From Tubiluchus corallicola (taxonomy: Eukaryota > Animalia > Priapulida): a stretch of 64,000 bases of DNA. The stretch covers positions 186,001 to 250,000 of the forward strand of contig JAQGDQ010000214.1 of the NCBI GenBank assembly GCA_030141605.1. Reading direction: 5' to 3'. The notes under the pieces are model-generated. The model did not search any database. It saw only the letters and a program-made list of their open reading frames with translations, and was not told where the DNA came from. The translations under genes and the position numbers were made by a program. Positions 1 through 22,920 of the stretch are shown here, piece by piece; position 1 is the stretch's first letter, and every line of letters begins with the position of its first letter.

Positions 1-425
1 ATGTTAACATTAATGTTTACAGTCTTGCAACAAATGAACTTGTACATTTGTTCCTGCACGGGAACCATACCCTAGATTATTCTGTCAACACTCAAATTTT
101 TGTTTTAGTGCAGTCTTTCATTTCAAACACTAAGCGCTTTAAATAGTATTAACTAAGTTACTCTTGTTACATAGTAATGTTCATATTTATTGCAAAATTT
201 TGTACATTGTGGCCACCATTGTTCTGCATTTGTCTAGCGTTGCGTTTCCACAAGGGGAGCACATATATCAGTTGTAAAACTGTCTGTTTCAAATCTAGTC
301 ATATGTTACATCTTCAATAAATTATGTTTAACCCAAAAGAAAGAGACACTAAAATAGTCAAAACAACTGGTATTTTTAGAAAACTAGATGTGATGTTAGA
401 TGACCGATAACGAAAAAGCACTTAC

Positions 426-3400
426 CATCTACAAACAGAATGATGTCATCTGCTGTGACTGTCTCATCTTGTGGAACAACAATCGCCCGCAAAAGCTGCA
501 GACCCTCGTGGTTTGGATCATGGACTCCAATAACAGCAGCTTCCTTAACCAGTGGACATGTCAACAAAATGTCAACAACTTCTGACGGAGAAACCTGCAA
601 AATAACATTAGGCGACATAGATATAGCTCATAGGTAAAAACATAATTATTATGCAATGCAGATTACAACTGTTGTTATTGTAGAAAGATTCTCGAAAAAT
701 ACAGGAAATTTAGTAAGTATTGGAAAAAATTACACCCAGATACACTGCGCAGCAACCAGGAAGAAGCTATTTTGCTACCTTCTTTTTGAGGCATTCGTTG
801 TAATTAGATTTTTTTTACTAAACTTCATGCTTAAAGGAAGAGCGGACGATTGTTTAGACTCAATTTCATTTTAATTTACTGTCCATAATATACATTTTCC
901 TGCCTATAAAAGTTAACAATTGTTCCTTATATTTGAATAATTAGCTTAGCCATTTAGTTAACGGCAATCGAATACAGCTATTGCTTACGTCAGAAACTAA
1001 CCACAGTTTGTGCATTGGCAGGCGTCTTCCCTTGCGCGTCAAGCACATTTGCATAAGTGTTACAGTACGGCTTAAACGCATGATGTCACGAAAAATGGGC
1101 TTTACATCATATGACGTCATGAAATTAACACAGCAGTTCATGACCATGCTTATCACGGTACCGCTTTCTATTTGTCGGCCACGCGCATGCGACAAAAAGG
1201 CGCCGCTGCCAATCTTAGTAGGTTCACTGAGCCGCGCGTAGCATTGAAAGTTTAACGGAATTTGAGTATCCGAGGTAATTATTATAAGCTTTGATTTAAA
1301 ATAAGTTATTATAGCTTTCAATATTTTGGTGTATTCTTTATTCTGAACTAAAGTTTACACAGTCATCCGGTTTTCTTTTAACGAAATTTGAGTATCCGAG
1401 GTAATTATTATTTAATCTAAGCTGTGATTTAAAATAAGCTATTGTAGTTTTCAATATTTTAGAGTATTCTTTATTCTGAACTCGTGTTTACACAATCATC
1501 CGGTTTTCCTTTAAGCAGAGCATATCGTTAATTTCACTTACAATCAAGTCATAAAATCAAACGTCAAACGTCAAAATTTAGGCATTATTCGCTCTTTATT
1601 AGTTTTTGAACTACTGTATATTGATTACACTCACATGTACTTTCATTTTTTCTATGCTGACGTAGATAGTTTCTTTTAATTTGTCGACCACGTAAATGTA
1701 ATCATCTGAATCATAGTGAGCAGTGTCACCAGTATGTAGCCAACCATCATCATCTATGACTTCTCTGGTAGCTTCCAGATTGTTGATATATGCTTTCATG
1801 ATGTATGGACATCTGAGACACAGTTCCCCTGTTCTTTCGGGCTTACAGATTTCACCAGTGACTGTATCAACAATCTAAATCACAAAGTCGATCAAATTAA
1901 CAACAATTATGACTGTCATCATATAGTTTTTAATGGATAACGATCTTAATAAGAAAAGAAACTTTTGCACAACAAAAGCCTATGAATCAATGGCTTGTTG
2001 TAATGGAAAATGTCGTTGAAAATGTCCTTGTATTCGTTTCTGGTTTCAGCTTTTGCTGTTGATGTTAAGACTTAACAAATGACATTATTTTACGTTTACA
2101 AGACAGTTTAGGTGGTTAGTTTGAGTTTGCAAACTGTTTATTTACGAGCAACACCTGAATAACGGCCATCTTTTAGACACCATGGGTTCTAGCACGTACA
2201 TGCATGTACAGTTGAATTTTGTAGGTCCCAATTTTCCTAATTTCATGAAGTAAGAAAATTTACTGCTACGTATGCTTTATGATTTACATTTTATAATTTT
2301 TTGTTATATCCATCTCTAATACTTGAATACATTTGACATTCATAACTATGCATATAAATATAAATCATAATGGTGAATCCGTTAATCTCTTATACTTCTC
2401 TCCGTCTCTTACCTTTGCTTCCACAAATGGTCCTGGCAACCCAGTAGAATGGAATTTGCTGATAGGGAACGATTCTTCTGTTGGCTGAACCAGAAAAGCT
2501 GCACCGCCTTCGGTAATCTTATACACTTAAAAAACAAACGAACACTTTAGTTTTCGAAATCTAATCTTTCATATTTGCTAACTGAAGATGCATCACATTA
2601 AACAGTAAAAAGAACAAGCTCTAGGTTGGCTGAGTGATCTTGATGAAATGTTTACTACTATTTATTTTATGCCTGTCTATATAGTTTATGAATTTTACAA
2701 ATAAACTAGTTTGAGATTTGATAGCTATGAAATATAACAGTGGCAAACCACACAAATGTGTTAACTTATATTATTGAAAAAAACGACGTTTCGCTTAAAC
2801 ATGTTCTCCTGATGAAATTTTAAACATTATGGCTGTTATTATATTGATAAGTTAGACCAAGTTTACCAGATACCAGTCAGACAATCAGTTTACTCAAGTA
2901 CTTGTCTTAAGATTTCTTTTGGTAATCTGGTTACCAAATTTCATAATTTACCCCCATTACAGAAACGCACAAATAACGACTGGAGTATTCGTGATTCAGA
3001 AGTTGCTTTCGCTTTCATATTTTCTATTTTCTATTTTTCTATATTCTATTCTATTGATTCAGTCTATACGTAGAGTTCAAAACAGGTTCAAATCTTAGGT
3101 CATTGCACGTTCAGCTTCATGATAGCTAGTCCTTTCTTTCGCACCAGTGCATGTTAAAGTGGTCAAGAAATTCAGAGACTTGGATTGTTGACTCTTTACG
3201 TTTAGCTCCCAAGTCGGCTGCCAAGTGTTTAAATTGACATGTCTTTGATTCAGTCCGGAGGAAAACTATGCCTATGACGAGATTATTTAAGTATTCACAT
3301 AATTAAGTTCTGATAGTTTCAAAACTTTTTTCTTTATCATTTATTTATATTCCAAGAATAGAACCATTTAATTTCTTAACAGTAGAGAAACTTTCTAAGC

Positions 3401-6400
3401 TAAAATTAGACTTTCTTAGAGTACTTTCTAAGCTAAAATACATAATTCAGGTGTGAATAAAAATCTTCCACTTTTAAGGTTGCAAATTGGCTCCCATTTT
3501 TGGGGACATTCAATAGAACAGTATACAGCAAGGTAAAAATAAAACTCCTTAGCTTAAGTAACTTAAATGCGCAAAAATATTAGTTTCTGGTACCCATGTT
3601 CGATTTGCAGCACTCTGCCATCCTAAATCTTACCTCACAAACCAACTTTCACATAACTCGAACGGCCTTGGTTATCAGCAAGATTTTCTATTGTTAACGC
3701 TAGTGGACGGAATACACTTTCCGTCCTATTCTAATATTCGCTGCCTTATTCTAATATTCAATGAATTCTAATTTATTTCTCTTGTTTTAGTTACTGATCA
3801 CTTACTATTTCTAAGCTGGACCTTTGGAAACGCTTGATTTGCTTCAATAAGCGAGTCTGGTCGAATCTTGGAGCCGCCATAATTAACAAGTTTTAAACTG
3901 CTGAGATCATAATCTCCTTTAGATGTACTTCTTGCAAGCGTCATCAACATTGATGTTAGTATGTAAAAATTTGTGACCTAAAATGTGAAAATCAGTTTAT
4001 GTTCTCGTCTAAAATCGTCTTCAACATTCTTATGCATGCCACCTCAGACAAAGCCAGTGGCCTCTCAGGCGATACAATTACAATAGAAAGTTGAAAGAAT
4101 GAAATTTATGTCCAAAGGAATAACAGAAGTTACAGTCATGTCTTGTAACTAATTTGTCTTTGATATGACGAGAGTTACCACACAGTAAGTCAATCGCACG
4201 AATCTTAAAAATAAACATGCTTATTGAGTGATTATCGTTTCCGCTACTTTAGTTATTATCAAACTATAAATCAAATCAAAGTTTAAAAAGAAGAATTTTA
4301 TAGTTTAATAATGGCTACAGCAGCCGAAATAAACGTCTCTCGTGGTGATTCTTAAACATGGTGATTCCTAGAAGCTGGCCCTTTCATGTATTTAAACATA
4401 GTAATATTTCTTTATATAAGAATCACCTCGAAGAACTGAAGTGAACGATAGTGTAGTCAAGCGTTATTTAAAAAATAAACAGAGACATTCTAAAGGTAGC
4501 AAAAAAGTAAACGACGTAAAGTGTGGTGTGAAGGTGACTCGTGCCGATAACGTATTGACCTTTTGCACGTGAATGTGAAAGTCAAATCAAGTAAAGTTAC
4601 ATCGGCCTGGCCAGGAGATGACAACTTGTGGGCTGATGACCGGTAATAAAGTCACAGGAAAATAGTCACAATTAACTTTGGCTAGGGTTAGGGTTATTGT
4701 TAGTGTTAGCTGTTAGGAGTTAGGGCTAAGTCAAGGATTTGGGGTGAGAGATAAGTTTCGGGTTCGGGTTTTATCTGTTGCCTTTTCTTCCTGTGACTTT
4801 TTTTACCTGGATTCTGCGCATTTTGCCAAAAAATAAAGTAAGCTTATTGTTAAATATACGCATTGAAAAACAAATTTAAGTAAATATGTGAATATATAAA
4901 ACGGCTTTCTGCCAATTCGTTTCCAACAGAGACACAACATTCAACATGTATTTGCCGCATAATTGCGACACGAAATTAGAAGTAGTCACATTTTGCTTAC
5001 TTGGTATTTTTCTATTATTTTAAAATGGTCTTCGATTTCGTCAAGCCCTGGTGAAATAACAATGGCACCACCATGATAAATTGCTGAAAAGGCGGTGAGG
5101 ACTCCCCGTCCTCGTCCCAGCGGTGTTACTTGTAAAGTTATTCCGCCTCTGTATCCCACACCTTTCACCCTGAAGTACAAACAATTTGCGGTGAAATTTC
5201 ACCAAGAGGTGACTTGTTCCTGCTTCTAGCGCAGTAAGCTGGCTGATGCTACTGTTAAAGATCTCACACTTATGCTAGAATTGAAATCATATACGTCGCA
5301 TTATAGTTTTTAGTGGGTGGCTAAACAATTGTTGTTGTTGGGTTGCAACACTTGGCGACTTTAATTTAATTTAAACTATGTGCAATTCGACAGTAGTCAC
5401 ATTAGAGAAAAGAATCCGTCACTGTGAATCAAAGAAACAAAGGGTTTATTTTCAACATGATCTGCTGGTCATTTGATGTGGAAACAAAAGCTCTTCGTCT
5501 TGCATTTTTTCATTGATGCCTATTGTTCGAATTAGAATCACAAGAAGCAGAAGGAAAGGAAAGTGACCCCATTTTGAGGGCGTATGGCGTAAATGTCGCC
5601 CTTTCCATTTCAGTTGTCCCAATTTTTCATTTCGAGGGAACATGCGGTAAGAACATTGTCAACTTGAATCCTTGAAGTACATGACTTGAATGTGACTAAG
5701 AATTTAAATTTATTTTAACTTGACTTTTTGGTTTAATTTAATTTAATCTAATGTAGTTTGAAAACAGCGCAACGTTTGCATTAAAAACGTTTGTATAGCT
5801 CTAGCTTACCTTGAAGGTTATAGTAATATTGACATTGATAAGTCGTTGGTAATTGCCGTGACTTTACTAAATATGCAAATTGATGTTAGCAGTGTACTTG
5901 AGGTAGCTTGTTAATAGCGCACCTTAAAACGCGCACTGTGAGTTGCATGTAGGCCTGTATACATAGCACCTACACATTAGTGAATACATGCTTTCCTTAC
6001 TGTATTTACAGTATAGCTTCCAACGATAGCCACCAGTTTGTATTTACAATAGCTCTGCCAATAGAAAGAAAACAAATTGCTACTAGCAGCAAATACATAA
6101 TCCCCATATTTGCAGTGTGCAGTGTGTACACAATTATATATAAGACTGGCAGGTTTTTGCACAGATGGTAAGAGATCTCCAGTTGTTTGTACTCGCAAAT
6201 ATTAACAACTCACGGTGTTGTATCGTGATTATTAATTTATACTACATTATACGTTATAACTAACTATATATATAATTTCAATTACCATATATATATATAC
6301 AGTTTTGACTGCAAGGCAGTGATTTGATTTTAAGTTAGAATAATTACTTTATATGAAAGACCAATTTCACTATATATCTGCTAAATTAATTGGCGTATAA

Positions 6401-9400
6401 CATCTGAACAGCTATACATTTTGCCTGTTGTCTTTGGAACTACGTACTCTAGCGTAAGGTATGCCTGACCCGCAGGCCTATGGCAGTAGGCTTAACTTTT
6501 TGGTTGAAAAATCCTTAGACATTAAGCCAATATAACTGTCAAAAGCCTATGCTATAATTAACTATGACTTTGATCTTTGATCTTTAAATCATTACGCTTA
6601 TAAATAACCAGAGGTATAGAGATATAGATATTCAAAGTAAATTTTAAAGATTGTTAAAGGCATTAATAATTATTATTTAATAATGATTGCCTTATTAAAT
6701 TTGGTAATTGAAATTATATGGCATCAGTCCAACTCACGCAACCGTCATTGTGGATAGATATTTACTATATTAAGATCTGCGCATGACAAAGCAATTGGAC
6801 AGATTATTATGCATAGTGTATTAATGGAAAATTTTCAGATAAATAAACAATCTCACCCCCACGACGTAGCTAAAGCATTTAGCACGATGTAGGTGTTCAT
6901 GACCCCTTTGGGTGGCCCAGTTGTCCCACTGGAAAAGTGTAGCCATGCAACATCATCTTCGGGATCTATTGGCACTTTCGCAGGAAAAGCAGTTCCGTCA
7001 TCTTCTAGCAGTTTAGAAAATGGCGTACATTTAACTTTTTTCCCAAGAGAGTCAGTATACTCTTGTTGATCAGTGTCTCCAAAAGTAATAAGTTCCTAAA
7101 AATTTAAAGATAGCTATCTCTCAAAAAAAGTGCTATCTGTTGTGGGTGAATCAGATTCTGGTCGAATGCCAGTTCGATTTCTAACTGACTAGAGCTTTTT
7201 TTAAAACTTTGTATAGCATTTCTGTTATGGGTAGTTTTATTTTCACTATATCTGCTTTCATTTGTAACTAGGTGTGTAACTAGACAGTATTTTGAGTATG
7301 CACGTGGAATAGACCAAGATAATTTCGAATCTTTTTATGCTGGTTATCGAAAATGTTGCAGAACATTAGGAAAATTGTGGCAAGAAATGACAGTAGAACA
7401 AATTAAAATTTAATTTTATAGTATGACTTGCCATTCCTTTAGTAGACGCTGTTTCTATAGCAATAACTAGAAAGTTTTCATCAGTGCAGGTGGCTATAAA
7501 TTTACGCTTTCCACAATATTTGGCCACTGTGGCTCGCATGGCTAGCTCCTCTGGAAAGACAATATTATTAGACTCACATTAATAAATACTTTGTAGCTGA
7601 TTGCAATGTAGAACTTACCACTATGTGTGGGTTAATGAAAAGAATATTAATTCTGACTAAATTATTTCTATAAACAAAGGTTCATGTGCATGGCATCATT
7701 AACTACGCAAACAATTTAGTTGATCCACACAAGTCTCTGGCTTGTTTTAATCAAAGTTTATATTTGCAGGAAACAGTGGCATCAAGACTGTACTACAAAA
7801 TGATTTATTCATGATAACTGTGAAGCGTTTTAAATGGTGTCACCTTTTGCTTCCAAAGTCAGTAAAAACAAAATTTATGGGTTTTCCTCCAAGGTGCACC
7901 CTAGACAAGTACGAAAAGTGATCTCATTTAAAACAGTTCACAGCGATCATAAAATGGAAGTTAGTTGTCAGTTTGTTTCTGTAATACTTTTTACTGTTTA
8001 TTAATAAAGTGCTGTATAGGTGGATAAACGGTCTTTTGAAAGTATATTAGCTTTATTTTCAATTTGTTTTTTATTAAATTTAAATGACTTGTATACAGTT
8101 AACTATTTAACTTCTTTATGAGATTCCCCACAATAAAATAATATTAACATGTACTAAATTATAAGAAATCGCCAAAATAAAGGAAAATAAACGAAGTTTC
8201 AGCGTTTCGGTCCATCGCCGTGGATTATCATCTGGTGAACTATTTAGTGACATCAAAATTGGTGTTATTTAACGCTGGTGTTTAGAGTTTTCGCATGTGC
8301 TTTTTCTTGTTTTCACTGGAAAATAGACAGCAATGGTGGAATCTTTTCTTTATCGTGAGATTATAGCCGTGCTTATTAATAACATTTATTAGTCATTTGT
8401 GGATGCCACAAATCATTCATAAAATCAAGAATCTATTTTTTATAACATGGAAATGTGACGGCGCTTTGTAACCTACCAACAGGACGTTTCTTAGCTGAAC
8501 CGGCTGCATTCAAAATGCCTCCCAATGCCCATACTGCAAAACTCAGGATGATGTATTCAGCACAGTTCTGACTGTAAATCATCAGAATATCGCCTTTTCC
8601 AAATCCCTGGCGAGCTAGTCCACTTGCTACTTTTCTCACTGCCTCACGCAGCTCTCCAGCTGTGTACTTTTTACTTGTTCCATCATCAATCTAGAATCAC
8701 CAAAATCATATTTAGTTTCAAATTTAGGTGCATTTCCATGCAATAATTGGTACAGCAGCACTATAAGTACAATGTTGGCATGTACAAAGTTTCGTTATTG
8801 TATGTACTGTATCTATGCTACAATACTCTGAGCTGGTCTGTTTTGTGCTATGTCTAGCAGCATTGTGTTGTGCTGTGCTGTACTATGCTGTACTGTGCTA
8901 TGATGTTTACCCCTGCTCTGTCTTCCTTATTTTGTTAAACACTGTATTGCTCTGCTATGTGTTCTATTGCTCTACACTCCTCAGCTTTGTTCTGCAAGTG
9001 CAGCCTGTACTGCTCTGTTATGTACAGTACTGCATTGTTTTGCTCTCTTTACTTCGTTTCTGCACTGTTTTTGCTGCTCTATTGTACCGTACTCTGCTCT
9101 GCACAACCTTACACTGCTCTTCCTTGCCCTACCATGTTTCTGTACAGCTCAGTTCTTCAGCCTCTGCATGGCTTTGATGTTTTACTGTGAAAAAATGAGA
9201 GTTAAAGTGGATCTCAGCTCATATCAAAGCTTACACTGTACTTTTTCACGTTCTCTCGCAGGTTTGCTTGTATATGTTATGTATGCTTATTATAACATGT
9301 GCTTCTGAAAATAAGATTTGTACTTAAAGTTTTATGTCATCACTTACCAGTGAAACTGTCTCCTTATTCTTAAGCAGCGCCGGCTCCAGTAGTTTCCAGG

Positions 9401-9458
9401 CTGAAATATTTGGAACTTCATCGCATGAAAAGGGTGTTTTAATAGCTTTTGCTGTCAT
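426..9458 (-). CDS. Luciferase-like / 4-coumarate-CoA ligase-like adenylate-forming (ANL) acyl-CoA synthetase; 9 coding exons visible, 3' end runs off the window
   Basis: Exons (minus): 9458-9348 (ATG, MTAKAIKTPF), 8690-8477 (VASGLARQGFGKGD), 7550-7432, 7095-6857 (P-loop WLHFSSGTTGPPKGV), 5169-5001, 3977-3806 (YDLSSLK), 2525-2413 (YKITE), 1874-1635 (GELCLR, DDDGWLHTGD), 594-426 (VSPSEV, EAAVIGV). All junctions phase-compatible; GT-AG except one GC-AG. The final exon with the A10 lysine was not found in 1-425. Confidence 0.9.
831..1514. mobile_element. Non-autonomous DNA transposon (Kolobok-like MITE) with tandem duplication of its right end
   Basis: TTAA-AGGAAGAGCGGACGATTG at 831 and CAATCATCCGGTTTTCCT-TTAA ending 1514 form imperfect terminal inverted repeats flanked by TTAA. 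About 130 bp of the right end is duplicated (about 1252-1381 and 1378-1514). Confidence 0.6.
4639..4815. mobile_element. Short repeat element with inverted AAAGTCACAGG subrepeats and a central (GGGTTA)-like tract
   Basis: GGTAATAAAGTCACAGGAAAATAGTCAC at the left, CCTGTGACTTTTTTTACCTGG at the right; a related element in opposite orientation lies at about 46421-46560. Confidence 0.5.
8790..9170. repeat. Degenerate pentanucleotide repeat (TGTAC/TGCTC-like) in intron 1 of the ANL gene
   Basis: 5-bp periodicity; explains the three overlapping low-complexity ORFs at 8815-9308. Confidence 0.7.
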
Positions 9459-10021
9459 TTTTCACGCCGTGATGATGCTAAAGACGTTTAGCACAGCAGA
9501 GAACCTGGGTGGTGTATCGACTAGCTAGCTTGGAAACACACAACGAAAGAACTTTGCTCCTACACGCAAAGTCTTTGACTTATTCCACTGATTACAGGTC
9601 TCTGCTATCTTACTTTGTCAGTAAACATGACGTATCTCGTAAACAGTTTTACTTTCGCCACACTGAATGATGGATGACCCTAGTTGCGGGTTCAATACCG
9701 TACAATAGTAACATAAAGTGAAACGGGTTATGAGGATGCACAAGCCGGTTTATAATAACAATAATAATTTTTGCTTATATTTTTGCTTTTGTGTAACTTC
9801 AACTTTGCAATTTGCTTAGGCGAGGAACCAGCTGTGTTTTTTTTCAAATCTTTTGAATCTTTCAATATATAGTTAATTTCGTTGATATAAAGCACTGTTG
9901 TTCAGACGTAACGTGGTTCGTTTGAGTACAGGAGCAGGAGGCCATGAATTCAAATATATATATATATATACATATATATATAAATAGACACACGCACACA
10001 TATATGTGTATATATATTATC

Positions 10022-10315
<294 letters not shown>

Positions 10316-12702
10316 TTATTGTCACATATGACCATGTTATTGCAGTAATTATTTCTACAACAGTCATAAAAACAGATATTTGAGCTAAGTACTGTGATAC
10401 AGACACAATACTCACAACATAAAAATTTGTATTAATACCAAACAATTCAGCTGAAAATGCGTAAAATATCATTTGCACATTTAGCTAATACTTCGTTTTC
10501 CAGGTATACAATCGCAAGTTTCTAAGTATCGGTGGTCTAGCCCACCTCCCTGCTGAATTTAATTCTTAACGAATCAGGCAAGTTTGCAAAATAAAATGAG
10601 TGCTGAGCCAACGCAGGATTTAGCTTCACGTAAGTAGAGTATCATATAGAGTAGAATATATATATAGAATAATAAGGTAGTAAAATATGAATGTGAAAGT
10701 TGACTCAGAGGTCAGTTGCAAAATGATCAGGGATAACTAATGTCACGACCATGTCTTGACTTAGAACAGGGTAAAAGACCTTGTGGACAGTGAAGTTGAC
10801 ATCCTTGCAGCTAGACAACAGCCAGAAATTGAGAAATCGAAAGTCAAACGTCAAGTGCACTTAGTCTCATATGTATTTGTGTCAAATCTTGCAATTGATG
10901 CTGAAACACGCACACATATGTACATTATGTATATGTATATATGTTATCTAGTAGTATTATGTATATATCTACTATATATATCCTATATATATACTAATAT
11001 ATCTAATATATACTATATATATTATGTATATATCCACACACATATATATATATATATATGTGGGTGTGTAAATATATTGCATTAAAAACTCTTAAACTAA
11101 GTAGTGATTTACACATTTGTACATTTAAAAGCAAGCTGGTGTGAAATGATTACGAAAGAGGTGCAGGTGACGTGGTACGGCTGGAGTGTATGGTTACTGG
11201 ATCCCAAACTCAAATGAGAGACAGAAGCGTAGATTGTTAGAAATTGTGTTTCACCTTTTATTTTGCTATTGTTGTTTTGCTGATTGAATTTAAAAAATTT
11301 AAACACAAGTTTTTAATTCCGCTTTGGTTCTGATTAAATGATTTGCACGTGCACACAAGTGTTTCACCAGTGACACGGATTTACGTAGCCTACACGAATA
11401 AATGATTATCCTGTAAATTTGGCGTATAAAAGTGACAGAAACGCTCGAGAACCCTGAACACAGTACTCTGATTAGATAACATCCTGACTTAATTATTACA
11501 CGGCACATCCAGCAAGTAATAATTTCAGCAGGTAATGGTAATATCATTGTTTTAATATGTCGAACATTGTAACAAGAAATGTTGTCTCTAACATTGAAGC
11601 ATTAAGCCATTAAGCATTAAGAAACTATTAGTGTTTTTGCAGCCTTTAGTAAACCAATCGTAGTTCAACTCGCATCCTAGGATGATAGTGTATGCAAGCC
11701 GGAGGTTTCCCAAACGACAAATGCTTGCTACTTTTATTAACTTTTAAATAGTTTATTATTTCCTGACTCAATTTAAAAGTTGACGTTACTGCTCGAAGTC
11801 TCTGGAGCAAATTGTTACATGTGTTAATGCTAGAAACAAAAGCTAAAATACGTTTAACATCTGAGTCTCTTTGTCAGACAAAACTCGGAACACAAAAAAT
11901 GTCTCTTGTCTGACAAGAGCTCCCCTTATCTGCTACTGCTATTTGTGCTCATATTATTTTTTCCTTTTGGAGTTGGAGTTCCTTTTATTCTGTCGTGATA
12001 TTTAGGTACAACGAAGCCGCCTGTCTGCTGTTGCATCTACGTTGACTGGCATCTTCATCCATGAGGGTGGCGTCTTCGTCCAATCTCATCTGAGAGTTAT
12101 TTGACTTGGCCAGTTCTTCCTTATTATCATTGCCATCATGCATGTGCTTGATTTGTATTTCTCGCCTCAAATTTGCATTATGTAAGGGTGGAATGATAGT
12201 TGTTTTGAGAAATCTTTCATCGTCCATCAATGCTTATATTTACTATTGTAGCATACGTTCCGCGTGAAGCTGCTTAACACTTGCCATAGTTTAATTTATA
12301 CTGTATAGCTGTAATTAGTTCCTTATTTTTAATATTGTCCGTAATGTGATCATTAAAGTCAACTTGATCATGAGCCCCTCTACAGCTTGGTTAACGAGGT
12401 AATGTTTTTTCCTGGAGATAATTCGCGCAGTACTACAGTTGTCACACAACGTAAATCTGGCTTGGCAGATTGCAATATTGTAGAATCAATTTCTTTATGC
12501 CATCTTTCGTGCTTTTTAGCATGTAGTGTGCGCAATATCCCATCAATTCAATGAAAGCTGTCACATTACATTACTAAGAGGCTAGATTAATGAGCTACAG
12601 GATTATTGTTCTGATTATTAACCCCGTGGACCATTGTACCCACTTTCCTATTGAGCTATTAATGCTATCTACGTTTTTCCTGTAAATTCAAGCTGGAATC
12701 AG

Positions 12703-22046
<9,344 letters not shown>

Positions 22047-22529
22047 GCGTTCTCTTCTGAACGTATTTAAATCTTAAACAGTGTTCGTACACAGTTGCTT
22101 ATCACAAAATACTAGTTGTCATTCTGTCAGGCATAGAAGATCTTGTCTCATTTCATTCTACCTTAACAGTTGATGGAATTATTAACATTAACAACAACAA
22201 CAACAACAACAACAACACTGCATTATAAAAATGTTAAGCTAATTTAAATGTGTAAAATAAATTAGCATGCGTATAATAGTTTGCTTTTTGTTGAAAATAT
22301 GACAAGCAAGTTCTTTGCAGGACGCTGATAATAGATATTCCTCACTAAATTGGTTTACAATTGCCGTTACAGCTAACCGACTTTTAACACGTGTACGAAT
22401 TCTAAATAAATAAAGCTCATTTATTCATATTTGTTGCTACCTGATGCACCGAGAAACGACGTACGTCTTGTAGCGAACTCTTGCTTAGCATTTGCAAATG
22501 TTTGCAGTACACATTTGAAGTCTGCTTAT

Positions 22530-22539
22530 AATAATAATA

Positions 22540-22628
<89 letters not shown>

Positions 22629-22642
22629 AATAATAATAATAA

Positions 22643-22673
<31 letters not shown>

Positions 22674-22676
22674 AAT
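22530..22676. repeat. (AAT)/(GAT)/(AAG) compound microsatellite, probable tail of the adjacent SINE
   Basis: Trinucleotide array abutting the SINE 3' end. Confidence 0.9.
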
Positions 22677-22679
22677 AGG

Positions 22680-22920
22680 AATCTTTATTTAAAGTCGACT
22701 TTTTGGGAGAACAATTAACATTAGCTCAAAGAGCTATATCGCCGACTGTAAATAACAAACTACAACTACATAACAGAGACTATTATTACCTCACTTTTAC
22801 CCTAATACCACGCGCCAGGCAGAGCAACACCAGGTACCATTTTTAAAGTCTTTGGTATGACCCGGCCGCTGCATCAAACTCCCAGACCGAAAGCGGAAGG
22901 GTTGCCACAAGGCTAAACCA
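22680..22920 (-). mobile_element. SINE, MetaSINE-like
   Basis: Minus strand contains GGCCGGGTCATACCAAAGACTTTAAAAATGGTACCTGGTGTTGCTCTGCCTGG, which I recall as the core of a widespread invertebrate SINE superfamily. Its 3' end (ATCTTTATTTAAAGTCG...) recurs at about 54459-54510. Confidence 0.55.

Noticed and set aside
4680-4770. Interstitial telomere
   Set aside because: Only two perfect TTAGGG-type units, embedded in a dispersed inverted-repeat element.
8815-9308. Three overlapping Cys/Leu-rich ORFs
   Set aside because: They translate a degenerate pentanucleotide repeat inside an intron.
426-9458. Calling the ANL gene a true luciferase
   Set aside because: Luciferase-like acyl-CoA synthetases are widespread in non-luminous animals, and the host species and enzyme activity cannot be determined from this sequence.
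11985-12230. 81-aa hydrophilic ORF between the ANL and class C GPCR genes
   Set aside because: No recognisable motif or linked splice structure; could be 3' UTR or a decayed element.
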